Positions 37,790 to 46,099 of a stretch of DNA of 64,000 nt are shown here, piece by piece. Numbering within the stretch: position 1 is the first letter of the stretch; each line of letters starts with the position of its first letter. The DNA lies in NCBI GenBank assembly GCA_903844845.1, contig CAIMVG010000008.1, positions 85,664-149,663 on the forward strand, given 5' to 3'. Under the pieces are notes generated by a model. The model saw nothing but the letters and a program-made list of their open reading frames with translations. It was not told the DNA's origin and did no database searches. Position numbers and translations under genes: made by a program. This DNA is from an uncultured Dehalococcoidia bacterium. GTDB lineage: Bacteria > Chloroflexota > Dehalococcoidia > Dehalococcoidales > UBA1222.

Positions 37790-40093
37790 TCACTTAGCCG
37801 GGGCGCAGGCAAGTAATCCTTCGAGAAGCACCCGCGCGGCCTTTTTATCGAGAGGCTTGTTGTTGTTGCCGCATTTTGGTGACTGGATGCAACTCGGGCA
37901 GCCGTCCTGGCAGGGGCATTCGGTGATGGCCGCAAGCGTTGCCTGCCATAGTTCACGCACCAGTTCGAAGCCTTTTTCAGCTATCCCGACGCCGCCCGGG
38001 TAAGCGTCGTATATAAATATCTGTGCTTTGCCGGTATCAGGGTGAAGCGGTGTCGAGAGGCCGCCTATGTCATTCCTGTCGCACATAGCGAAAAGGGGCA
38101 GCATACCGATTGCAGCATGTTCGGCCCCGTGTATGCCTCCCGCAAAATCCAGCCCTTCGGCTGCGATGCGGTTCATCCCATCCTGCGGAAGGTTGAACCA
38201 CAATGCTACGGTCCGGAAACGCTGGGTGGGCAGTTCCAGCGGCACCTCGCCCAGCACCTCTTCGGTAAACTGAACTTTCTTTTTGTAGCTGATGATATCG
38301 ACGCTCACTTCGACCTCTCCAAGGCATACCCGGAGCGGGCCGAAGAATTTCTCCTTCCCAGTGCTCAGTATACGTACGTCAGTGAGGTCACGGGCGACTG
38401 TGTAATACGCGGCGGCGGTCGATTCCGCCTTTATGGTCTTTGAAACCAGGTCGAATTCCGTGACAAGAAAGCCTTCGCCCTGGTGAAGGAAGATAGCGCC
38501 GAGGTGCGCCTGTGAAAAAGCGTGGGATATATCGAGCGTTTCGAGCAGTTTGCCCGTCCTGGCGTCCACCAGCGAAAAATTATCCCCGGAGGCTGAACGG
38601 ATATTCACATCCCCGGAGGGATAGGCCAGTGCCGGCGAAAGGTAGAACCGACCCCTGCGTTCCCGTATCAATCCCTCTTCGATCAACCCCGCGACTTCCT
38701 GGCGCATGGTTTCTCCGAAAAAATTCTGGTCGCCCGGCGTGAGCGCCAGTTCCCATGCGGCACACAGCAGATGGCTGCGCAGTATATGGTGATTCTGCGG
38801 ATTGACAAGCGCATTTTCGAACCCCCTGCCGAAAAAGAAATCCGGCTGACGCATCAGGTACTGGTCGAGCGGATTGTCCAAACCAACAAGAAACGACAGG
38901 GAACGTGTTTCACGCCTGCCGCTGCGTCCCGCCTGTTGCCAGGTGCTGGAAATAGTTCCCGGGTACCCCGTGAGGACCGTAGCGTCAAGGTCACCGATGT
39001 CCACGCCTAATTCGAGGGCATTGGTGGCAACTACCCCGGTTAGCGCCCCGCATGAAAGTTCTCGCTCCAACTGGCGTCGCTCTTCAGGCAGATAGCCGGC
39101 CCGGTAAGTCTTTACGCGCGAAACGTAAGAGGGCGCTATTTCACTCAACCTGTCCCTGGCATAGTTGGCCAGAAGTTCGGATAATCGACGAGTACGAGCG
39201 AAGCAAATCGAACGGATACCTTCACTGACAAGCTGGCTGAAGAGATTGGCGGATTCGCTGTTGGCGCTTCGCCGCGTTCCTTTAACTTCATCTATGATGG
39301 GCGGATTCCAGAAAATAAAATCCTTGCCGCCCTTGGGGGAGCCGTCATCATCCACAACCTTGAACGGCAAACCCGTCAGGTTAAGGGCGTGTTCCTGAGG
39401 GTTATCAATCGTGGCAGAACTCAAGATGAACTGGGGATTGGCCCCGTACGATTGTGCCAGGCGCCGGAGGCGCCGCAGAACCAGTGAAACGTGAGAGCCG
39501 AAAACGCCTCGGTAGGCGTGGGCTTCATCCACCACGATATAGCGCAGATTACGCCATACCCTGTCCCATGAAGCGTGGTTGGGCATCATGCTCAGGTGCA
39601 GCATGTCCGGGTTGGTGATGATGAGGCGGGCCCGCCGCCTTATCGCTGGCCGCTCCGGCCCCGGCGTGTCGCCGTCGAAAGTGTCGAATTCGTCGGCCTT
39701 GAGGATGGACGGGGAGAAAAGATGCTTGATCTTGGAGAACTGGTCCTGGGCCAGAGCTTTGGTCGGGAAAAGGTAAATAGCACAGGCACGGGGGTTTTCC
39801 AGCGCGGACTGCATGACAGGGATGTTATAACACATGCTTTTACCGCTCGCGCTTGATGTAGAAACAATCACGTTCTCGCCGCGCCGGATAAGGTCGACCG
39901 CATGTACTTGATGAGAATAAAACCTGCCCAATTTATGCAGGTCCAATTCGGCCTGGAGGCGCGGATCGAGGGGATTTTCGAGCTTGCCGAAACGCGCGAC
40001 TCGAGGAGGGATAGCCTGGCTACGGCATATCTGGCCGTCATAGAAGGTCTGCCGTTTGAGCCGCGCCATAAAGTCTGCGGTATCGAACATCAA
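37790..40093 (-). CDS. DEXH-box helicase with C-terminal DUF1998 zinc domain (MrfA/YprA-like)
   Basis: Motif I SSASGKS, motif II VVDEAH, SAT, QQAGRSGRR. C-terminal CPCQDGCPSCIQSPKCGNNNKPLDK. Confidence 0.9.
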   Translation of the reverse strand: MMFDTADFMARLKRQTFYDGQICRSQAIPPRVARFGKLENPLDPRLQAELDLHKLGRFYSHQVHAVDLIRRGENVIVSTSSASGKSMCYNIPVMQSALENPRACAIYLFPTKALAQDQFSKIKHLFSPSILKADEFDTFDGDTPGPERPAIRRRARLIITNPDMLHLSMMPNHASWDRVWRNLRYIVVDEAHAYRGVFGSHVSLVLRRLRRLAQSYGANPQFILSSATIDNPQEHALNLTGLPFKVVDDDGSPKGGKDFIFWNPPIIDEVKGTRRSANSESANLFSQLVSEGIRSICFARTRRLSELLANYARDRLSEIAPSYVSRVKTYRAGYLPEERRQLERELSCGALTGVVATNALELGVDIGDLDATVLTGYPGTISSTWQQAGRSGRRETRSLSFLVGLDNPLDQYLMRQPDFFFGRGFENALVNPQNHHILRSHLLCAAWELALTPGDQNFFGETMRQEVAGLIEEGLIRERRGRFYLSPALAYPSGDVNIRSASGDNFSLVDARTGKLLETLDISHAFSQAHLGAIFLHQGEGFLVTEFDLVSKTIKAESTAAAYYTVARDLTDVRILSTGKEKFFGPLRVCLGEVEVSVDIISYKKKVQFTEEVLGEVPLELPTQRFRTVALWFNLPQDGMNRIAAEGLDFAGGIHGAEHAAIGMLPLFAMCDRNDIGGLSTPLHPDTGKAQIFIYDAYPGGVGIAEKGFELVRELWQATLAAITECPCQDGCPSCIQSPKCGNNNKPLDKKAARVLLEGLLACAPAK

Positions 40094-40099
40094 TTAAGT

Positions 40100-40390
40100 C
40101 TAAAGAGGGATTATCTCTATCTCGTAGTCAAGGAATTCGATCTCGAATCGCCCGCCCTCCACCACGTTCACAACCTTTGAAAGCACTTCATTTGTGAAGC
40201 GCTGGTCATTGCTGACTGCACAGACCGCGATTGTAGCCAGTTGCCAGAGGTCGTTCTCGGCTACTTCGGCCACGGACACGTTAAACCGGTTGTGAAGCTG
40301 GGCAATTATCGATTTTAACACCTGCCGTTTGCCCTTAAGCGAAAGGTTCTCGGGAAGGCGAAGGTGGATCTTGAGAATTCCTACATTCAT
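40100..40390 (-). CDS. DUF503 (YlxP-like) protein
   Basis: MNVGILKIHLRLPENLSLKGKRQVLKSI is the typical DUF503 N-terminus. Confidence 0.8.
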   Translation of the reverse strand: MNVGILKIHLRLPENLSLKGKRQVLKSIIAQLHNRFNVSVAEVAENDLWQLATIAVCAVSNDQRFTNEVLSKVVNVVEGGRFEIEFLDYEIEIIPL

Positions 40391-40544
40391 GGAACAGGCA
40401 CCTGCGATGGGGATATATATAATATTATAGCAGATGAGGCGCCAGGGCAGTCAAAAGACCAGGCCGCAAAGGCGCGGAGGGGGCGAGGGGAGAGAAACAC
40501 CGTAACATCCCGTTGAGATCAGGAGCAACCGCCATGACCCGGAA

Positions 40545-40769
40545 TTACTTCGTAGGGGTACCGGCTTTGATCAGGAAGTTAGACTCGTTCATCTTCTTCA
40601 CGAACTCCTGCACGTCCGCCAGAAGGTAACGACGGTCTCCCCTTGACGAGATTCGATATGAAGTGATCTGCCCCGCGTCGCTCCAACGCCTGAGAGTACT
40701 GGGGTGGACGTGAAGCATTTCCGCAACCTCCACTACCGAGAGCATCGAATTGAGTTTATCTACTGCCAT
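40545..40769 (-). CDS. MerR/excisionase-family HTH DNA-binding protein
   Basis: LSVVEVAEMLHVHPSTLRRWSDAGQI helix-turn-helix. Confidence 0.7.
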   Translation of the reverse strand: MAVDKLNSMLSVVEVAEMLHVHPSTLRRWSDAGQITSYRISSRGDRRYLLADVQEFVKKMNESNFLIKAGTPTK

Positions 40770-41047
40770 TTCTCACTTAGCTTTACCAGGGTGTTATTCA
40801 TTTCAAGCATACATCCCCGCGCAATCATTCGAAAGTACGCCCGGGCCAGATAAATCTAAACTAAAGTACCAAAAGTTGATAAGTTAACTGAAGTAAAGTG
40901 AATTGGATGGTCTTTCCAATATAGTACTTGGGTCATATACTATGAACGCAATGAATCAATTATTGGACCAGATATATCAGGAGCATGACCGTTATCGTTC
41001 ATTGCTGCAAGATTTTCTGAATGCCAGGGTAGGGGAGGGAGAAACCA

Positions 41048-41353
41048 ATGAAGATGATTATAGGTTTCATAGCGGGGCTGCTGGTTTGTGTTTTGACGAT
41101 TTTTATTATATCCACTCACGCAAAAGCCGCAACCGATCCGGGCGTCTCGTCCGATTCAACAGATTCGATAAGTTCGACCGCTTCAACGGATACCGGTCTT
41201 GAGGCCCTGCTTCCAGATATCGGAACGATTTATCGCAAGGCCTTTGCCGCCCCTTACCAGCAGGTCGAGACAGAAATAACCGACCCGTCCATCGCCGCGT
41301 TTTTCAGCAAACTGATGGCCGATACCGGCCTTGATAAAGTCCCTGCGCCGTAA
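41048..41353 (+). CDS. small membrane-anchored or secreted Ser/Thr/Asp-rich protein
   Basis: SD GGGGAGGGAG. N-terminal hydrophobic helix IIGFIAGLLVCVLTIFIIS. Confidence 0.45.
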   Translation: MKMIIGFIAGLLVCVLTIFIISTHAKAATDPGVSSDSTDSISSTASTDTGLEALLPDIGTIYRKAFAAPYQQVETEITDPSIAAFFSKLMADTGLDKVPAP

Positions 41354-41495
41354 ATAGTCCAAGCACATCGTGAACAGATCGAAATTTGAGTTTCCAGGCC
41401 TTGACCCAAGCGGCTTCCTCAGGTAACATGGCCTATCCCCGGGGCGGTTGAATCGAATCCTTTAAATCTTTTTCCCTGAGGTAAGGCGGGTATAT

Positions 41496-42092
41496 TTGAG
41501 CGCCAGAGTATTTCGTAAGTGGTGCGTTTTCATCTTGATAACCACAGGGATATTGTGGGCTGCAGGCGCAGCCCTTGGATATCTTGCCATTCGTTTTGAT
41601 GTGATCGCACCGGTTACAGGGCAAACCATGCTTCTCGCAAAGGCGGTGCTGTTGGTCTTCGCACTGCTCGCGGTTTATCACTTCGACATCGAACAAGCGG
41701 GGAAAACAGGATTCTTCGCATTCGTTCTGGCGATGATAGGGACAATCCTCGCCGTTATCCCCGAATACCTGCTACTTTCAGTTGCCCGCGGGTCAGGCAA
41801 CGCCGCTACCGAGCTAGGAAATATCACCGCACTGCGAAACGCCGGGGCGTTAATCTACATCTTTGGATACCTGTGGTTCGGCATCACTATATCTTTCAGC
41901 GGTTCACTTTCCAGGTGGGGTGCACTGGCCTTCACCCTCGGGATAATACTGGGAACGATCCCGGCACTTTTACATGGCCTCCCCGATTTTACCGCCTTAG
42001 GGGGCGCAATTTTCGGAGGGACGGGGCTTGTCTGGCTTGCCGTTTCACTGTCGCGAGTTACGGAGAAGGGAACGGCTGATGAAACGGGATGA
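41496..42092 (+). CDS. hypothetical integral membrane protein
   Basis: 198 aa, about 6 hydrophobic segments. No family recognised. Confidence 0.5.
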   Translation: MSARVFRKWCVFILITTGILWAAGAALGYLAIRFDVIAPVTGQTMLLAKAVLLVFALLAVYHFDIEQAGKTGFFAFVLAMIGTILAVIPEYLLLSVARGSGNAATELGNITALRNAGALIYIFGYLWFGITISFSGSLSRWGALAFTLGIILGTIPALLHGLPDFTALGGAIFGGTGLVWLAVSLSRVTEKGTADETG

Positions 42093-42657
42093 TGCCCGGG
42101 AGAAACATCTGGAATTTAACGGCGCGGTTCTTTCGCTGGTAATGGGAGACATCATCGCCCAGTCAGCCGACGTGATCGTTAACGCAGCCAACCCGGGGCT
42201 GATGGGCGGGGGCGGCGTCGACGGGGCCATTCACCAGGCGGGTGGGCCTGCCATCCTCGATGAATGCAAACGGATAATCGCAAAGCATGGCCCACTGCAA
42301 ACCGGGGAGGCAGTGATCACCACAGCGGGTGATCTTAAAGCCAAATTCGTGATTCACACCGTGGGCCCAATATGGCTCGGCGGACGCGACGGAGAATCCG
42401 ACCTCCTCGCGAGTGCTTACCGGAACAGTCTGAGTCTGGCGACCGACCGTAAATTAGAGAGCATCGCTTTCCCATCTATAAGCACCGGCGCATATAGGTA
42501 TCCCGCCACCAAAGCGGCACCAATAGCGGTTAGCGAAGTAGTTAAATTCCTAAGACTAGAAACCACGACAATTCGCAGGGTTGTCTTCGTTTTGTTCAAT
42601 CAAGAAATCTTCGATGTATATACAAAAGTGCTTGAGGCAATACCTTTCCAAGGATAG
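42079..42657 (+). CDS. macro-domain protein (O-acetyl-ADP-ribose deacetylase, YmdB-like)
   Basis: NAANPGLMGGGGVDGAIH, FPSISTGAYRYP. Start reset to MKRDD with GGAGAAGGG SD. Confidence 0.85.
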   Translation: MKRDDAREKHLEFNGAVLSLVMGDIIAQSADVIVNAANPGLMGGGGVDGAIHQAGGPAILDECKRIIAKHGPLQTGEAVITTAGDLKAKFVIHTVGPIWLGGRDGESDLLASAYRNSLSLATDRKLESIAFPSISTGAYRYPATKAAPIAVSEVVKFLRLETTTIRRVVFVLFNQEIFDVYTKVLEAIPFQG

Positions 42658-42917
42658 TTAAAGCATGCAAATCGCTTATCCAGTATCCCTTCCGTTTTGC
42701 ATCACAATATCCCAAAATAACCAGCGTCCGGGCATATTATTACTCAAGTAAAATATTGTCTCGGTTCAAAATCAGCCCCACTGCATCACGGTAATCACCT
42801 AATACAAGATAATCCCTATGCCATATGGATAATTATATCTATTTGTAATCTATATCCCTACAAAACCATCAGACAAATACGGACATACAAGACACTGCTG
42901 ACACTGTACAATAGTCA

Positions 42918-43048
42918 AATTAGCCGGATCCTGCCGGGGGAAACCAGGGTGCTGTAAGCTGCGCCGCTTAACAGCTTAAATGATTAACAACCCCCTCCCG
43001 TGACCGGAGCCCCGGGGGTAATCGGCTGGCGGCAGGGTTCGGCTAATT
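42918..43048 (+). other. 131-nt GC-rich element bounded by 19-nt inverted repeats (candidate structured RNA or MITE)
   Basis: AATTAGCCGGATCCTGCCG (42918-42936) pairs with CGGCAGGGTTCGGCTAATT (43030-43048), with two G-U wobbles on the + strand only. Internal hairpins are present. Confidence 0.35.
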
Positions 43049-43189
43049 AGCTTGATTTAACTTGCATTGGTCCACTTTACCCGCTCAAAACGCTTCGCGG
43101 ACCTCAAAATATTCCCAAGTCCGGCACGTATAAGACCGACTCTGCGATGAATGAAAGGCTCTATTTGCCTTATCTCCCCCATCCTATCC

Positions 43190-43790
43190 TCATTTCACGA
43201 TCACAGTACCAGTCATATACGGGTGTATCGAACAGATATAATCATACCTCCCAGGCGTTGCAAATGTAATGCTCGTGGTACCTAATGAGGGCAGGGGATT
43301 ATCGAAAATACCCGGGCTCGTAGAGGTGACTGTGGTCGGCTGCATCGAGATTTATCCATACGACCTTCTTGCCTACTGGAACCTGAATAGTGTCCGGGCT
43401 AAAAGTATAGCCGCTGACAATGACGGTATTTGCATCTATTCCGGTAACGGTTGGGGTGCCGGTGGACGGCGGTTTGGTGGTTGTTGTCGGCATGGCTGTC
43501 ATCGAAGTTGAAGGCGGGCTACTGGCGGTTGTAAATGAAATTGTCGTCGAAGAATGAATTGAAATGGTACCAGGGGATGTAATGGTTGGCGGAGCACTTG
43601 TTGAGACTACAGTGGTAGTGGTACCCGGCGTCGTCTGGCCGTTCGATGTGGTCGTGGCAGATGCCTTAGAACAACCAAATCCTCCCGCCAACAGAAGCAT
43701 AAGAGTTATTATCCCTGTAATGACCCTGAGCGATTTTGACATTCGGAACTCCTTTCCGTAAGTCTTTGAGGGCAGTATACATTTCACCAT
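43190..43790 (-). pseudogene. frameshifted plastocyanin/amicyanin-like blue copper lipoprotein
   Basis: ORF 43299..43790 ends ...VVWINLDAADHSHLYEPGYFR*. The adjacent frame continues VTSTSPGIFDNPLPSLGTTSITFATPGRYDYICSIHPYMTGTVIVK* (stop 43190-43192). Lipobox LLAGGFGC and a Thr/Pro linker. Confidence 0.7.
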
Positions 43791-44022
43791 CTTAAATAGT
43801 TATAAAATACAGGCTTCAGTCGTTGAAATCTTGTGACATTTTAATTAAACCAAATTAACCGATGTCTCCCCAGGGCGAACATCGTCTACAGGAGATACAG
43901 AAAATTAGGATTGGGTATAATATATGCGTAGAGGGGATGATAATGGGGAATCTGCGAATTATCGCTTTTTTACGCCTGTCTCCCCAGCGCGGGATCAGTT
44001 TAGATATTATGTGAGGAGAAAA

Positions 44023-44205
44023 ATGGAAAGCACTGAAGGTGGCGCAAAGGCAATCGATGTTTACATTTATGCAGGCATTGCTGTAGGCCTGGCGATAGGC
44101 CTGCTGTTTGCACCACAATCCGGGGTTGAGACCCGAACGATGCTCAGGGAGAAAGCGCTCCAACTCCAGGCGAAAGCGGCTGAGGTGGCTGAAAAACTTA
44201 AATAG
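44023..44205 (+). CDS. YtxH-domain protein
   Basis: GLLFAPQSGVETRTMLREKA motif after one TM helix. SD GAGGAG. The ORF-track start is 43924. Confidence 0.6.
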   Translation: MESTEGGAKAIDVYIYAGIAVGLAIGLLFAPQSGVETRTMLREKALQLQAKAAEVAEKLK

Positions 44206-44219
44206 AAGGGGTTTGATAC

Positions 44220-44543
44220 ATGCCTGTTTACGAGTACGAATGTGATAAATGCGCCGTCAAGTTCGAAGTTAAGCGAGGTTTCCACGAAACCGGCGGGAAT
44301 GTTTGCCCTGAATGCGGAGGCGAAGGCCGTCAGGTCTTTTTTGCCGCACCGCTGCACTTCAAAGGTTCGGGTTTTTACTGCACAGAAAACCGAAAAGGAA
44401 AAGACACTGAAGCTGAAGCCGTGAAAACGGCAAGCGAAGCGAAAGTCAACCCTCCCTCGGGAGATGCGGCGAAACCACCTGTTAAACCGGCAACTGCATC
44501 AACAGAAACCAAAATAAACCCAGTTAAAAAAGAGCCTGCCTGA
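44220..44543 (+). CDS. FmdB-family zinc-ribbon protein
   Basis: MPVYEYECDKC...CPECGG. Confidence 0.8.
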   Translation: MPVYEYECDKCAVKFEVKRGFHETGGNVCPECGGEGRQVFFAAPLHFKGSGFYCTENRKGKDTEAEAVKTASEAKVNPPSGDAAKPPVKPATASTETKINPVKKEPA

Positions 44544-45100
44544 TGCGAAGAGACATTGAACTCATTGGAAAGACGCTCAGGCTGCGCCCTTACCGAACAG
44601 ATGATTCAACCGAGATCTTCGAAGCGTCGGTGGAGTCATTCAGAGAAGTCGGGAAATTCCTGCCATGGTGCCATCCAGGTTATACCATCGAAGAGAGCGC
44701 TGCCTGGATAAAATCTTGCGGAGAATCATGGGATAACGGCACCGCCTGCGAATTCGCGATATTCGATTCCGGAAACGGCCGCTACCTGGGCGGCTGCGGT
44801 TTAAATCATATCAACGACACCGACAAAATCGCCAACTTGGGGTATTGGGTCCGAACGAGCGCCACGGGGCGGGGCAAGGCAACCGAATCCGCCTTACTGC
44901 TTGCCCGTTTCGCTTTTAACGACCTGAAACTTAATCGTGTAGAGATCGTAGCTGCTGTAGAAAATCTGAAGAGCCAGCGGGTGGCCGAAAAAACAGGCGC
45001 GAAACGTGAAGGCGTCCTCAGGAATAGAATATCGATAAACGGGACACCCCATGATGCAGTGGTGTTTTCGCTGATCCCGGCTGATCTGACGATCGTTTAA
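44543..45100 (+). CDS. GNAT-family N-acetyltransferase (RimJ/RimL-like)
   Basis: LRPYRTDD ... GYWVRTSATGRGKATE ... NRVEIVAAVENLKSQRVAEKTG. Confidence 0.8.
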   Translation: MRRDIELIGKTLRLRPYRTDDSTEIFEASVESFREVGKFLPWCHPGYTIEESAAWIKSCGESWDNGTACEFAIFDSGNGRYLGGCGLNHINDTDKIANLGYWVRTSATGRGKATESALLLARFAFNDLKLNRVEIVAAVENLKSQRVAEKTGAKREGVLRNRISINGTPHDAVVFSLIPADLTIV

Positions 45101-45107
45101 GATTTTA

Positions 45108-45515
45108 TCATGCGGAACGAACGGTCCCGCAGTGGACGCAATACCTTTTGTGAACGCAGAGCTTTACTCCGCACGTTTTACAAATCCATCGCACGGTTTC
45201 GTCGGCGGCGAATGCCTTTAGCCCTCTGGTTTTAATATTCTGAAGATTTTCCATCATGCTCATCCCATATTTGGTCCGATAACGCTTGTCAAGCGCTTTC
45301 AAGCGCCTGCACGGATAGCCTGCGCATTCAAAACAGAAACGCGATCTGCCCGCCGCGAGAGAAGTGCAATTCTTGATGGTGCAGTGCGTGCACGAAACCA
45401 TCTTTAAAGCGTCGTCTCCCCGGCACCCAGGGCACGCGTCGTTTTCCCGGAGGTAGCGGTGACACACACCACAATTCATTCCGCAGGGTGCGATAAGGTC
45501 AATTTCAACTTTCAT
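45108..45515 (-). CDS. DUF3795-like Cys-rich protein
   Basis: APCGMNCGVCHRYL..CPGCRG ... CTIKNC. Confidence 0.65.
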   Translation of the reverse strand: MKVEIDLIAPCGMNCGVCHRYLRENDACPGCRGDDALKMVSCTHCTIKNCTSLAAGRSRFCFECAGYPCRRLKALDKRYRTKYGMSMMENLQNIKTRGLKAFAADETVRWICKTCGVKLCVHKRYCVHCGTVRSA

Positions 45516-45660
45516 TAATCAAATCCTCCGGCCCCAAACCTAAAATATGATACCCTCCGGCAGCCGAGGCTTCAATGTATGGACTCTCCTTTCGCGCGGA
45601 ATATTTTAATATTTTATGCTAAACTCGGATTTTATTGGGAGGACGATGGGATAAATAGAT

Positions 45661-45969
45661 ATGAGCAAACTGGAATATTATATCGGTCTGGCGAAAAACG
45701 GAACTCCAAAAGACGTTGACCTGTTGATGGCTGGCCTGAAGCGGGGCATGAGTTTCGCCGATTCCAGGTTTTTGGATTATGCGCTTGGTCTGGTGACGTC
45801 GACAGAGGGCGTTGAAAGGATCAAGCAATACCTGTTCAAGGGCACCCAAATACAGAGAAATTATTCCACACTCTTCTTCAATCGAAGGTCTGAACCGGGA
45901 GATTGGGAAATCGTTAAAAAAGCTTATCAGGCAGGTTTGATAGATGAAACCCAGGCGTTTTCAAAATGA
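45661..45969 (+). CDS. hypothetical protein
   Basis: 102-aa ORF with plausible composition. No motif recognised. Confidence 0.4.
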   Translation: MSKLEYYIGLAKNGTPKDVDLLMAGLKRGMSFADSRFLDYALGLVTSTEGVERIKQYLFKGTQIQRNYSTLFFNRRSEPGDWEIVKKAYQAGLIDETQAFSK

Positions 45970-46099
45970 GACACCGCCTGCCTTCTCCCGGGTGTAAGGT
46001 GTCGGATAATGGTATCGTTCATCTGACGAATTCACGATAAAGTACTATAATACGAAATCACATCATTTGAAATCTTAAAGCTATGCTGTTGAAAATACT

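Noticed and set aside
41433-41696. An 87-aa Cys-rich minus-strand ORF.
   Set aside because: It is entirely antisense to the better-supported membrane-protein ORF 41496..42092. It has no SD and no recognisable zinc-finger spacing.
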